From positions 403,021-467,020 of the forward strand of contig JAVKGW010000001.1 of NCBI GenBank assembly GCA_031460175.1: 64,000 bases of DNA. Reading direction: 5' to 3'. Positions 47,317 to 56,794 of this stretch are shown in pieces. The translations under genes and the position numbers were made by a program. The DNA comes from Candidatus Sysuimicrobium tengchongense (lineage in GTDB: Bacteria > Sysuimicrobiota > Sysuimicrobiia > Sysuimicrobiales > Sysuimicrobiaceae). The notes beneath the pieces are model-generated. The model saw only the letters and a list, made by a program, of their open reading frames with translations, did no database searches and was not told the origin of the DNA. How positions within the stretch are numbered: the first letter of the stretch is position 1; the number at the start of each line of letters is the position of its first letter.

Positions 47317-48434
47317 CTCGCGGTTCCCCCTTCCCCATTGAGGTAGGGGATGAACTCCCGCAGGGCCTGCCGGATGGAATCCAGGTCCACCAGGTTCACG
47401 AAGGAAAGGTTGGGTCGCCGCCGGCTCAACTCCTGGACATGCTCGCTGAACCCCCCGATCCCCCGACCCCCGGGATTCACGTGCCCGTAGCTGACCACAT
47501 CGAACCGCTCCAGGGCCTCCTCGAACCGCCGCTTGGCCAGCTCAAAGTCCCCGCTGCTCGTTTCTCCGTCCGTGAACAGGAACAGGTACTTGTCGTACTC
47601 GCTCACCCCCTCCAGGAGCTCCATGGCCTTCTCCAGCCCCGCGCTGATGTGGGTCCCACCACTGCTTTCGACGGAAAAGAACTCGTCCCGGGTCTTCTCC
47701 TCCGCCACGTCCTGGAACACCACGTACCGGCGCAGGTTGGTGGGATAGCGGCGCTCCAGGGCGTACCAGAGGAGGAAGATCATCTTCCGGACCAGGGCCA
47801 GGTAATCTCCCCGCATGGAGCCGGAGATGTCCAGCACGTAGATCTCCAGGGAGCGATGGTTCCGATCCGCGGCCGGGTCCTCCACGAAGTACCAGCCGTC
47901 CAGCCGTAGGTCCACGTCGTACTCTGCCACTCCCCGCTCCCGGATGTTCCGGAGGAGGCTCGTGACCATGGTCTCCTCCAGGTTGAGGTCCGCGGCCAGC
48001 CCCCACCGGTCCAGGTCGTCCAGCTCGAGCAGGTCCTCCGTCTCCACTTCCCCGCCCCGGCTCACGTGGTGCAGGGCCGGCAGCTGCAGCTCCTCCAGGA
48101 GCACTTCCTGGGCCAGGCGCACGAACTCCTCGAAGTCCAGCTCGACCCGTAGCTCCTTGCCGTGGTGGTCTCCCCCCAATAGCCCCCCGACCGCGTACAC
48201 CTCCTCCCCCCCTTGCCCTCCCGCGCCCTGTCCTTGTCCCGCGCCCTGGGCCAGAAACCGCTCCTCTTCCCCGTACCGGAGGGTGGGGAGGTCCAGGGTG
48301 GTGATCTGGGTCTTCACCTTCCCGTCGATCACCAGTTCCTTCTGCTGGATGAGCTCGTGGAGGTTCTGCTTCAGGTACTCCCGCAGGAGCTGGTCGTGCT
48401 TGTGCTCCGCGATCCGGGCCCGGTGGACGCGCAT
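47256..48434 (-). CDS. YeaH/YhbH (DUF444, vWA-like) protein
   Basis: Family N-terminus MRVHRARIAEHKHDQLL. The start overlaps the prkA stop. Confidence 0.85.
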   Translation of the reverse strand: MRVHRARIAEHKHDQLLREYLKQNLHELIQQKELVIDGKVKTQITTLDLPTLRYGEEERFLAQGAGQGQGAGGQGGEEVYAVGGLLGGDHHGKELRVELDFEEFVRLAQEVLLEELQLPALHHVSRGGEVETEDLLELDDLDRWGLAADLNLEETMVTSLLRNIRERGVAEYDVDLRLDGWYFVEDPAADRNHRSLEIYVLDISGSMRGDYLALVRKMIFLLWYALERRYPTNLRRYVVFQDVAEEKTRDEFFSVESSGGTHISAGLEKAMELLEGVSEYDKYLFLFTDGETSSGDFELAKRRFEEALERFDVVSYGHVNPGGRGIGGFSEHVQELSRRRPNLSFVNLVDLDSIRQALREFIPYLNGEGGTARCGSTRRSSRGWRRSPGTWA

Positions 48435-48436
48435 GT

Positions 48437-50098
48437 CTACACGCTCCGCCCGATGATCTTGAGCAGACTCCGGGCGCACACCTCGCAGTACCCGTATTCC
48501 TCGATGGCGGTGCGGTACAGGGTCTGCAGCAGGGCCCGGCTCTGCGGGTCCATCTCCTCCGTCTTGTCGTACAGGCGCAGGCAGTTCTTGATCTTGTTGA
48601 ACACCACCTCGTTGATGGCCCCCCGCAGGTGTTCGTTTTCCGTGTAGGGCAGGCTCACGAGCTCTTCCTTGCGCTCCACGAGCACGTTCTCGAAGGCCAG
48701 GCGTCCCTGTCGGCTGATCTGACGCTTCGCGATGAGGATCCCCTCCACCTCGTCCAGCAGCTCCTTCTCCCGCTCCGCCAGCGGTTCCCCCAACACGTGC
48801 CGGCTCACCGCGTCCAGGTAGTTCCGGTAGAGGTTCTGGCCGTACTCGAAGAACTGGGTGGGCACGATGCGCTCCACGATGAGGGCGATCTTGCCCTGAA
48901 TGAACTCCATCTTGGTCTCCTCGAACTGGCGCAGGAGCTCCTTCAGGTTCAGGTCCTTCATGGACTGATGCTCGAAGGTGCGCTCGATGGCCTCGGAGAT
49001 GAGTTCGAGATCCAGGCAGGTGTCCGCCTTCGCATAGGCGTAGGAGAAGGCGTCCTCGAAGAACCGGGGGCTCAGACCCCGCATCCCCCCGGATTCTTCC
49101 CGGGTCTTCAGGGCGTAGCGAGCGGCCAGCTCGTACACGTCCTGAGGCGCGTGCTTGCGCTCCCCGCGCCGTCGGTTGGCCCGCTCCACGAGCGTCCGGT
49201 AGATCTGCATCTCCCCCGCGAGGTCCATGTTGTACGGAAAGTCGATCTTGTGGATGCGACCCCGCAGGGGCTCCATGATGTCTTCCTGGAGGAAGACGTT
49301 GTACTCGGGGTAGTTCGTGTGCCCGATGACCACCAGATCCACGTGTACCGTGGGGAAGTTGGCGAGATCCACCCGCTTGGACTGGATGAGCTCCAAGAGC
49401 AAGGACAGCAGCTGCCGACGGCTCTTGAAGACCTCCGTCCAGTCCAGGATCCCCCGGTTCGCCCAGATGATCTTGCCCTCGAAGTCGTAGGCATCCGGAT
49501 CGTAGGTGGAGCCACGCTCCTTGAGCATGGCGAAGTTGATGTTGCCCACGAAGTTGGTGATGTCCTCCCGGCGCAGGTCCGTGGGAGTGTGCTTGGCGAT
49601 CCCCACCTTGTGGCGGGCGGAGATGTAGATCCTCTTCACGGGCACCGGCTCCCACCCTCCGCACCGACGGATGAGCCGCTCGCACACGGGGCAGGGCACG
49701 GCCTCCTCATGCCAGTACAGTCCGTACTGATCCAGCACCTCATGGGGGACGAGGTCGAAGGGGTGCTGGTGGAAGGGGCAACCCTCCACCGCGTACAGGA
49801 TTCCTGCCTCCGTCCGGGAGTACTCCTCCAGTTTCCGCTTCAGCTTGTCCACGGTCATGCTCTTGCCGGACCCCTGTGGACCCACCAGCAGGAGCAACCG
49901 CCGCTCCATGGACATGGCGTATCCCCGGAAGTACGAGACGATGTCCTGGAGCTGCTTGCCCATCCCGTAGATGCCTTCGAAGACATTCTCCGGCCCAAAG
50001 TACTCGATCATGTCCGCGATGTAATGATGCGTGGTGCGGGTGAGCCGCTCGTCGGCCCGTGCCGCCTGCAGGTAATCCCCCACCGTCCGGATCTCCAT
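48437..50098 (-). CDS. prkA: PrkA/YeaG-family AAA+ serine protein kinase
   Basis: Walker A GPQGSGKS, a PrkA C-terminal domain, and a GGGGAAG Shine-Dalgarno. Confidence 0.9.
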   Translation of the reverse strand: MEIRTVGDYLQAARADERLTRTTHHYIADMIEYFGPENVFEGIYGMGKQLQDIVSYFRGYAMSMERRLLLLVGPQGSGKSMTVDKLKRKLEEYSRTEAGILYAVEGCPFHQHPFDLVPHEVLDQYGLYWHEEAVPCPVCERLIRRCGGWEPVPVKRIYISARHKVGIAKHTPTDLRREDITNFVGNINFAMLKERGSTYDPDAYDFEGKIIWANRGILDWTEVFKSRRQLLSLLLELIQSKRVDLANFPTVHVDLVVIGHTNYPEYNVFLQEDIMEPLRGRIHKIDFPYNMDLAGEMQIYRTLVERANRRRGERKHAPQDVYELAARYALKTREESGGMRGLSPRFFEDAFSYAYAKADTCLDLELISEAIERTFEHQSMKDLNLKELLRQFEETKMEFIQGKIALIVERIVPTQFFEYGQNLYRNYLDAVSRHVLGEPLAEREKELLDEVEGILIAKRQISRQGRLAFENVLVERKEELVSLPYTENEHLRGAINEVVFNKIKNCLRLYDKTEEMDPQSRALLQTLYRTAIEEYGYCEVCARSLLKIIGRSV

Positions 50099-50277
50099 GG
50101 CTTCCCCTAACAGAAAGCTTCGGCTTTCCGTCCCCCTTCTTGAATGTCCCCAAAACACGCGGGCCCAGACGGAGGGGAAGGACTCCGCTGGGCCCGTTGG
50201 GTTTCTCCGACCACCGCGCGCCCGCGGTGGTCCCTCCCACGCCGCCCGGCCGGCGGCTTGCCGCAAGTATACGCAGC

Positions 50278-50313
50278 CCCCCTTCCCCCTGTCAAAAGGG
50301 GGAAGGGGGCGGA
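50278..50313. repeat. 12-bp perfect inverted repeat with 8-nt spacer
   Basis: cccccttccccc-tgtcaaaa-gggggaaggggg lies in the 400-bp divergent region between prkA and the HTH gene. Confidence 0.5.
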
Positions 50314-50506
50314 ATTCCCCTGTTCGCGCCGTGCGCGGGAGCCCGGAAGCGTCCGCGGGACGAGACCCACGGCCACGGGCATCGCCTCACCTCAGGGACC
50401 CCCTGCATCCGCAGGCGAGCCGTACGTATAACACAATTGTGAATTCGATTCCGAGAATGATACGATGGAGTCACACGGGAAACGGTTCTCCTTTTGGAGG
50501 TGCGCC

Positions 50507-50974
50507 TTGTCCGACATCCTCCACATGGCGGTAGAGATCGTGAAAACCCAGGCCGCCCAGCGGGAGATGAGCGCGGCGGAGATCGCGGAGTACCTCCAAC
50601 GGACGGTGCATGCCCTGCAGACCGCCCTCCACGGCATCGGGGCGCCGGAGAAAGCCGCCCCGGCCGGGGAGGCGGCACCCCAAGAGGGCTTGGAGACGGC
50701 TCCGGCCGCGCCCCGGACCCTCCGGGTCGAGGAGGCCGCGAAGTACCTGGGCCGAACCCCCATGACGGTGTACAAATACATCCACCAGGGGAAGCTCCCC
50801 GCCCAGCGGGTCGGGCGTTCGTTTTTGATCCGCCTGGAGGATGCCCAGGCCCTCAAGCAGGAGCTGGGGCGTACCGGCCGCCGGAGCCCCCGTCGGGCTG
50901 CCGGGGCCCGGCCGAGGAGGCGGGTGGCTTCCAGGGCGGCGGCGGGCCGTCGCCGGGGGACCCGGAAGGCCTAG
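50507..50974 (+). CDS. Helix-turn-helix (MerR/excisionase-type) DNA-binding protein with Arg-rich tail
   Basis: The HTH is LRVEEAAKYLGRTPMTVYKYIHQGKLPAQRVGRSFLIRLEDAQAL. The start is uncertain (TTG ~50507 or ATG 50525). The upstream region has atypically low GC. Confidence 0.45.
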   Translation: MSDILHMAVEIVKTQAAQREMSAAEIAEYLQRTVHALQTALHGIGAPEKAAPAGEAAPQEGLETAPAAPRTLRVEEAAKYLGRTPMTVYKYIHQGKLPAQRVGRSFLIRLEDAQALKQELGRTGRRSPRRAAGARPRRRVASRAAAGRRRGTRKA

Positions 50975-51035
50975 CGCTCCGGAGACCCCGGGACGACGTG
51001 TCCGGGACAAACGGGCGTCCTTTTGGGAGGGAGAG

Positions 51036-51689
51036 ATGGAGCTGGCGAGGGTCCACGGATTTCTGTTCTTTCAGGTTCCGACCGGGGACCGAGCGCGACA
51101 CGGAGGCGGGCGGATACGGGAGGCCTTCCACATGGCCGCGGGGCGGGACGGCGTGGTGGCGGTTTACGCCTACAGCCTCTTGGGATTCCGGGCGGACGCG
51201 TCCCTCGGAGTGTGGATCGCGGCTTCGCAGGTGGAGGCGTATCGAGCCGCCGCCCGATGCCTCCTGCAGGCGGATCTCCCCTTACGGGATGCCCTGTGGG
51301 GCTTCGTCCGTCCCTCCCCGTACACGGGCCGCAGCGGCACCACCATGCGGGTTCCGGGGCCGCGCAAGCAATACCTCGTGGTCTATCCTTTCACGAAGAC
51401 CCACGGGTGGTACCAGCTGCCCGTGGAGGTCCGGCGCGCCATGATGACGGAACACGCCCGGGTGGGACACGCGTACGAGGACATCGACCAGCTGTTGCTG
51501 TACGCTACCGGGCTTGCGGACTGGGAGTTCGTGGTGGCCTACGAGACGGACGACCTGGAACGGTTCAGCGATCTCGTGGTGGCCATGCGCGGCACCGCGG
51601 CTCGGCCGTACACCCTGAGGGACACTCCCATCTACACCGCCCGGTACGGCGGCGTGGACGAGGTGCTGGAAGAGGTGTTCGGCCCGTGA
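51036..51689 (+). CDS. hemQ: Chlorite-dismutase-family coproheme decarboxylase (HemQ/ChdC-like)
   Basis: Family motifs (YLVVYPFTKTHGWYQLP...EHARVGHAY), a GGGAGGGAGAG Shine-Dalgarno, and a heme-gene neighbourhood. Confidence 0.7.
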   Translation: MELARVHGFLFFQVPTGDRARHGGGRIREAFHMAAGRDGVVAVYAYSLLGFRADASLGVWIAASQVEAYRAAARCLLQADLPLRDALWGFVRPSPYTGRSGTTMRVPGPRKQYLVVYPFTKTHGWYQLPVEVRRAMMTEHARVGHAYEDIDQLLLYATGLADWEFVVAYETDDLERFSDLVVAMRGTAARPYTLRDTPIYTARYGGVDEVLEEVFGP

Positions 51690-52177
51690 CGGATCCCCTC
51701 CGGGTGCTCCTGGACCTGCTGGAGGAAAACCGGGTCATGACCCTGGCGACCGCGGGGCCCGAGGGGCCTTGGGCTGCCCCCGTCCTGTACGCCTGGGAGG
51801 GGACGGCCCGCCCCCTCCTCTATTTCATGTCACGGCTGCAGACCCGCCATGCCCGGGACATCCTCCGCACCCCACAGGTGGCCGCGGCCATCCACCCGCC
51901 GTACACCCGACCCCTGCGGGGCGTGCAGTTGAGCGGAACAGCGGAGCCGCTGCGGGGAGTCGCCGCCGCGCATGCCCTCGAGCTCTACCTCGCCCGGTTC
52001 CCCTCCGCCCGCGGGCGGTTTCCCGCGGAAGCGGTCCTCGCGGAGCGGTCCGAGGTCCGGTTCTTCCGGCTTACCCCTCAACGGATCTTCGTCCTGTCCG
52101 AAGCGCACTTCGGCTGGGGCGTGCGGCGGGAAGTCCTCCTCGAACCGGAACGCGTCGGGGAGCGGGCATCCGGGTAG
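51686..52177 (+). CDS. Pyridoxamine 5'-phosphate oxidase-fold (FMN-binding split barrel) protein
   Basis: GTGA overlap with the hemQ stop. PNPOx-like N-terminus (LLDLLEENRVMTLATAGPEGPWAAPVLYA). Confidence 0.6.
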   Translation: MTDPLRVLLDLLEENRVMTLATAGPEGPWAAPVLYAWEGTARPLLYFMSRLQTRHARDILRTPQVAAAIHPPYTRPLRGVQLSGTAEPLRGVAAAHALELYLARFPSARGRFPAEAVLAERSEVRFFRLTPQRIFVLSEAHFGWGVRREVLLEPERVGERASG

Positions 52178-52189
52178 GCCCGCAGGTCG

Positions 52190-52591
52190 GTGAAGGTCGC
52201 CGTTTTCCTGCACGTCCTGGCCGCGGCCACCTGGGTCGGTGGGAACGTGCTCTTCTTCCTGGCCGCTCCCCTCCTGCGTCGGGAGGACCCCGGAGGCTTT
52301 CGGGCGCTCGGGCGGGTCTTCCGAACGGTTTCGTGGGCGGCGGTGGCGGTGCTGGTGCTCACGGGCCTGTGGTTCCTCGCCACGGGATGGGACCCCCGCG
52401 GTGGCGTCCTGGCGGTGAAACTCCTCCTGGTGACCGCGGCCCTCGTCCTCAAGGTCGCCCACGACTTCTGGATCGCGCCCCGGGCCGTGCACCGGCGCGG
52501 TCGGTTCGTCTCCCTCGCCACCGGGATTGGCCGCACGAACCTCGCCCTGCAGCTCTTCATCCTGTACCTCTCGACCCGCCTGGTCCGATGA
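52190..52591 (+). CDS. Small 4-TM membrane protein, HemJ/CopD-like
   Basis: 133 aa. N-terminus (VFLHVLAAATWVGGNVLF) resembles HemJ-type proteins. ATGA overlap with hemE. The assignment is tentative. Confidence 0.45.
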   Translation: MKVAVFLHVLAAATWVGGNVLFFLAAPLLRREDPGGFRALGRVFRTVSWAAVAVLVLTGLWFLATGWDPRGGVLAVKLLLVTAALVLKVAHDFWIAPRAVHRRGRFVSLATGIGRTNLALQLFILYLSTRLVR

Positions 52592-53613
52592 GGGACCGGA
52601 TTCTCCGCGCCGCCCGAGCCGAGCCCGTGGACACCACGCCCGTGTGGTTCATGCGGCAGGCGGGCCGCTACCTCCCGGAGTACCGGGCCCTGCGGCGTCG
52701 GTACCCCATGCGGGAGCTCCTCCGAACCCCCGAGCTCGCCGCGGAGATCACCCTGATGCCCCTGCGTCGCCTGGACGTGGATGCCGCCATCCTCTACAGC
52801 GATCTCCTCGTGCCCCTGTGGGGCATGGGGCTGGACTTCCACCTCGCGGAGGGAAGGGGGCCCGTGGTGCGGGTGGAGGTGGAACGCCTGGCGCACCTCC
52901 CGGAGCTCGATCCGGACCGGGTCCGGTTTACCTTCGAAGCCATCCGCCTTCTGCGGAGCGCCCTGGACCGGCCCCTCATCGGATTCGCCGGGGCTCCCTT
53001 CACCGTGGCCGCCTACCTTTTAGAGGGACAGACGAGCCGTGACTGGCCCCGCACCCGCGCCTTCCTCCACCGGCATCCGGACGTGTGGCACCGGCTCCTG
53101 GACATCCTGGCCCGAAACCTCGGCCTGTACCTCCGGGCCCAGGTGGAGGCCGGAGCGCAGCTCGTGCAGATCTTCGACTCGTGGGTGGGGGTGCTCTCCG
53201 GGGAGGACTTCGTGGCTTTCGTCCGGCCGTATCTCGTGGCCATGCTGGAGACGGTGGGCGCCGCCGTTCCCCGCATCTACTTCTCCACGGGGAGTTCTCA
53301 CCTCCTCGGGCACCTCGCGGATCTCCCCGCGGAGGTGATCGGGGTGGACTGGCGGGTGCGCCTTCAGGACGCCGCGGTCCGGTCCGGGAAGTCCGTGGTG
53401 CAGGGAAACCTCGACCCCGCCCTCCTCCTGGGAGAGGAGGCGCGCCTCCTGTCCCGCACAGATGCCATTCTTGAAGAGGGAAGGCGCCTCGCGGGGCACA
53501 TCTTTAACCTGGGACACGGGGTCCCGCCGGAGGCGGATCCCGGTCGGCTCGCGATGCTGGTGCACTTCGTGCACGAACGCGGTAGGAGGGAGGGAAGGCA
53601 TGCGGCCCACTGA
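52588..53613 (+). CDS. hemE: Uroporphyrinogen decarboxylase
   Basis: PVWFMRQAGRYLPEYR motif and full-length collinearity with the family. Confidence 0.9.
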   Translation: MRDRILRAARAEPVDTTPVWFMRQAGRYLPEYRALRRRYPMRELLRTPELAAEITLMPLRRLDVDAAILYSDLLVPLWGMGLDFHLAEGRGPVVRVEVERLAHLPELDPDRVRFTFEAIRLLRSALDRPLIGFAGAPFTVAAYLLEGQTSRDWPRTRAFLHRHPDVWHRLLDILARNLGLYLRAQVEAGAQLVQIFDSWVGVLSGEDFVAFVRPYLVAMLETVGAAVPRIYFSTGSSHLLGHLADLPAEVIGVDWRVRLQDAAVRSGKSVVQGNLDPALLLGEEARLLSRTDAILEEGRRLAGHIFNLGHGVPPEADPGRLAMLVHFVHERGRREGRHAAH

Positions 53614-54523
53614 ACCCGTGGGAGTGCTGCTCATGGCGTACGGGACGCCGCGCAGCCTGGAGGAGGTGGAGGCGTACTTCACGCACATCCGCAGGGGAAG
53701 ACGGCCCTCGGACGAGGAGCTGGAGGACCTCCGGGAGCGGTACCGCAGGATCGGTGGCACCTCGCCCCTGCGGGCCGTCACGGAGGCCCAGGCCGCCTCC
53801 TTACAGGCCGTCCTGGACCGCCGGGCGGCCGGGAGGTTCCGGGTGTACCTGGCCATGAAACACGCCGACCCCTTTATCCCGGACGTGACGCGCCGCATGC
53901 TCCGGGACGGCGTGCGGGAGATGGTGGCGCTCGTGCTGGCGCCGCATGAGTCCCGCATGATCCTCGACGAGTACCTGGAGTATGCGGCCCCCGTCCTCGC
54001 GGAGTTCCCGCAGGTCCGCCTGCACCCCGTGCGCACCTGGCATCTCAACCCCGGCTACCTCGCGGCCCTGGAGGGGCGCATCCGGAAGGCCCTCGGGGAA
54101 CTCGCGGACCCTGTCGCGGTGGTCTTCACCGCCCACAGCCTGCCCGAGCGCATCCTGGAGTGGGGTGACCCATACCCGCACCGGCTGCGGGAGACCTGTG
54201 AGGCTCTGGCCGTCCGCCTGGGGCTCCCGCGGTGGCGGTTCGCGTACCAGAGCGCGGGTCACGGACCGATCCCGTGGCTGGGCCCGGACATCCTGGAGGT
54301 CCTGCCGGAGGTCCGGGCGGAGGGGGCCAGCGCGGTGCTGGTGGTCCCCATCGGGTTCGTGGCGGACAACCTGGAGATCCTGTATGATCTGGACATCGAG
54401 GCCGCGGAGCACGCCCGAGAGTTGGGCCTTACCTTCCGACGCACGGAGTCCCTCAACGCGGACGGAACCCTCATCGAGGGACTCGCGGACGAGGTGGAAC
54501 GGGCCGTGGGGATGCGCGCGTAG
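53600..54523 (+). CDS. hemH: Ferrochelatase (likely coproporphyrin ferrochelatase)
   Basis: VLLMAYGTP, HSLP and other family motifs. Overlaps hemE by 14 nt. Confidence 0.85.
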   Translation: MRPTEPVGVLLMAYGTPRSLEEVEAYFTHIRRGRRPSDEELEDLRERYRRIGGTSPLRAVTEAQAASLQAVLDRRAAGRFRVYLAMKHADPFIPDVTRRMLRDGVREMVALVLAPHESRMILDEYLEYAAPVLAEFPQVRLHPVRTWHLNPGYLAALEGRIRKALGELADPVAVVFTAHSLPERILEWGDPYPHRLRETCEALAVRLGLPRWRFAYQSAGHGPIPWLGPDILEVLPEVRAEGASAVLVVPIGFVADNLEILYDLDIEAAEHARELGLTFRRTESLNADGTLIEGLADEVERAVGMRA

Positions 54524-54555
54524 CGGGTGTTTTGGGGGCATCCGGGAGGTGGGCC

Positions 54556-55518
54556 ATGCGACCGGTGTTGGGCCTGCACCACATCACCTGCATTTCCGGC
54601 CCCGCGCAGGAGAACGTGGACTTCTACGCGGGGGTGCTGGGGATGCGGCTCGTGAAGCGCAGCGTGAACCAGGACGATCCTGGGACCTACCACCTCTTCT
54701 ACGCGGACGCGGAGGGCCGCCCGGGGACGGACCTCACCTTCTTCCCGTGGGCCCACATGCCACCGGGAAGGCTCGGAACCGGGCTTGCGGTGGAGGTGGC
54801 CCTCGCGGTCCCCCAGGGGAGCCTCCGGTACTGGGAGGAACGGCTGGATCGGTACGGGGTCAGAGTCGAACCCCGCGAGGTCCGGTTCGGGGAGGCGGTG
54901 CTGCCCTTTGCGGACCCGCACGGGCTGCGGCTCGCGCTCGTGGAGGTGGAGGAGCGTCCTTTCACGCCCTGGGGGAGAAGCCCGGTGCCGCCCGAGCACC
55001 AGATCCGGGGATTGCACGCGGCCCGGGTGTGGGTTCAGCGGCTCCGGCCGACCGTCCAGTTCCTCACGGACGTCCTGGGCTTTGTGCCCCTCGGGGAGGA
55101 GGGGGGCTGGCACCGGTACGGGGTGGCGGGCGGCGGCTCCGGTGCCTTCCTGGAGATCCAGGAACGGCCTTGGGAGGGTCGCGGGCGGTGGGGCGTGGGC
55201 ACGGTGCACCACCTCGCCTGGCGGGTGGAGGACGAGGACCATCAGCAGGAGGTGCGTCGGAGGGTGCTCCTGGTGGGACTCCGGCCCACCCCCGTGATTG
55301 ACCGGTTCTGGTTCCGATCCGTGTACTTCTCCGAGCCCGGAGGGGTGCTGTTCGAGCTCGCCACGGACGGCCCCGGGTTCGCGGTGGACGAGGATCCGGA
55401 CCATCTGGGCGAGCGGCTCGTCCTCCCGCCCTGGCTCGAGCCTCACCGGGCGGAGATCGAAGCGGTGCTGCCGAGACTGGCCTACCCGCCCGTGTCGGAG
55501 CCCGCAAAGGCGCCGTGA
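54556..55518 (+). CDS. Two-domain VOC-family ring-cleaving dioxygenase-like protein
   Basis: LHHITCISGP...DFY and a second module with HHLAWRV. GGGAGGTGG Shine-Dalgarno. Confidence 0.7.
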   Translation: MRPVLGLHHITCISGPAQENVDFYAGVLGMRLVKRSVNQDDPGTYHLFYADAEGRPGTDLTFFPWAHMPPGRLGTGLAVEVALAVPQGSLRYWEERLDRYGVRVEPREVRFGEAVLPFADPHGLRLALVEVEERPFTPWGRSPVPPEHQIRGLHAARVWVQRLRPTVQFLTDVLGFVPLGEEGGWHRYGVAGGGSGAFLEIQERPWEGRGRWGVGTVHHLAWRVEDEDHQQEVRRRVLLVGLRPTPVIDRFWFRSVYFSEPGGVLFELATDGPGFAVDEDPDHLGERLVLPPWLEPHRAEIEAVLPRLAYPPVSEPAKAP

Positions 55519-55880
55519 CCCGGAAGCGCTTCGAGCGCCTGGTGGAGGAAGCCCTGCGTACCCTCCCGCCCGAGTTCCGGGGGGCCCTGGAGAACGTGCA
55601 CGTGGTGGTGGAGGACGAACCCACGCCCGATCAGCTAACCTCCGTGGGACTCCGGCCCGGGGATTGGCTGTTCGGTCTGTACGAGGGGACCCCGCTCCCC
55701 GAGCGGGGGCTGGAGCCGCCGTTGCTGCCGGACCGCATCACGGTGTTCATGCGGCCGCTGTTGGAGGCCTGCGCGTCTGAGGAGGAGCTGCGGGAGGAGA
55801 TTCGGCGCACGGTGCTCCACGAGCTCGCCCACTACTTCGGGCTCGACGAGGACCGGCTGGAGGAGCTGGGGTACGGGTAG
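55515..55880 (+). CDS. DUF1025 zincin-like metallopeptidase-family protein
   Basis: HELAHYFG zinc motif. GTGA overlap with the upstream stop. Confidence 0.65.
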   Translation: MTRKRFERLVEEALRTLPPEFRGALENVHVVVEDEPTPDQLTSVGLRPGDWLFGLYEGTPLPERGLEPPLLPDRITVFMRPLLEACASEEELREEIRRTVLHELAHYFGLDEDRLEELGYG

Positions 55881-55882
55881 GG

Positions 55883-56794
55883 ATGAGGTTCCTCGAGCGC
55901 CTCAAGCAAGGACCGCCCATCCTCGCGGACGGGGCCATGGGGACCATGCTTCTCGCCGCGGGCCTCCCGGCCGGGAGGCCCGGAGAGGCCTGGGTCCTGG
56001 AACGACCGCAGGCCATCGCCGCGGTGCACCGGGCCTACTTGGACGCGGGCGCGGAACTGATCCTCACGTGCACCTTTGGGGGAAACCGGGCCCGGCTGCA
56101 CCGTCTGGGCCTGCAAGACCGGGTGGAGGAGGTCAACCGGAGGGCCGTGGAGATCGTCCGGGCCGTCACGGGAGGACGGGATGTGTGGGTGGCCGGGGAC
56201 ATGGGCCCCTTGGGAGAGCTCCTGGCCCCCTTCGGGAAGCGCACGTACGCGGAGGCCGTGGACCTGTTTGCGGAGCAGGCCGGGGCCCTCGCGTCGGCGG
56301 GGGTGGATCTCCTCTACGTGGAGACCCTCTCGGACCTGCGGGAGGCTCAAGCGGCGGTAGAGGGCGCGCGGCGGGCCGCCCCGCACCTCCCCCTGGTGGT
56401 GACGTTCTCCTTCGACACGCACGGCCGGACGAACATGGGCGTCCGGCCCGAGGCGGTGGCCCAGGCCGCCCGGCAGTGGCAGCTGGCCGCGGTGGGTGCC
56501 AACTGCGGGGCCACCCTGGAGATGACGGAGGAAGCCCTCCGGCGGATGCGGGAGACGGATCCGGATCTGGCCCTCGTGGCCAAGCCCAACGCGGGGCTGC
56601 CCCGGTTCACGGAGACCGGCCCCGTCTACGACGCCGGCCCTCTGCAGCTCGCGGAGTTCGGCCGCCGGGCCATCGGCCTCGGGGTGCGGGTCCTCGGCGG
56701 CTGCTGCGGCACCACGCCCGACCACATCCGGGCCCTGGCCCGAGCGGTACGCGGGGGCGTTAAGCCCGCTGGGCCACCACCTCCCGCACGGTGA
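55883..56794 (+). CDS. Homocysteine S-methyltransferase
   Basis: Hcy-binding domain with zinc ligands (C in ANCG, the GGCCGTTPDHI motif). Confidence 0.8.
   Translation: MRFLERLKQGPPILADGAMGTMLLAAGLPAGRPGEAWVLERPQAIAAVHRAYLDAGAELILTCTFGGNRARLHRLGLQDRVEEVNRRAVEIVRAVTGGRDVWVAGDMGPLGELLAPFGKRTYAEAVDLFAEQAGALASAGVDLLYVETLSDLREAQAAVEGARRAAPHLPLVVTFSFDTHGRTNMGVRPEAVAQAARQWQLAAVGANCGATLEMTEEALRRMRETDPDLALVAKPNAGLPRFTETGPVYDAGPLQLAEFGRRAIGLGVRVLGGCCGTTPDHIRALARAVRGGVKPAGPPPPAR

Noticed and set aside
50278-50313. 12-bp perfect palindrome as an intrinsic terminator
   Set aside because: No U-tract follows on either strand. It sits 5' of both flanking genes (divergent promoters), so it is kept as a candidate operator rather than a terminator.
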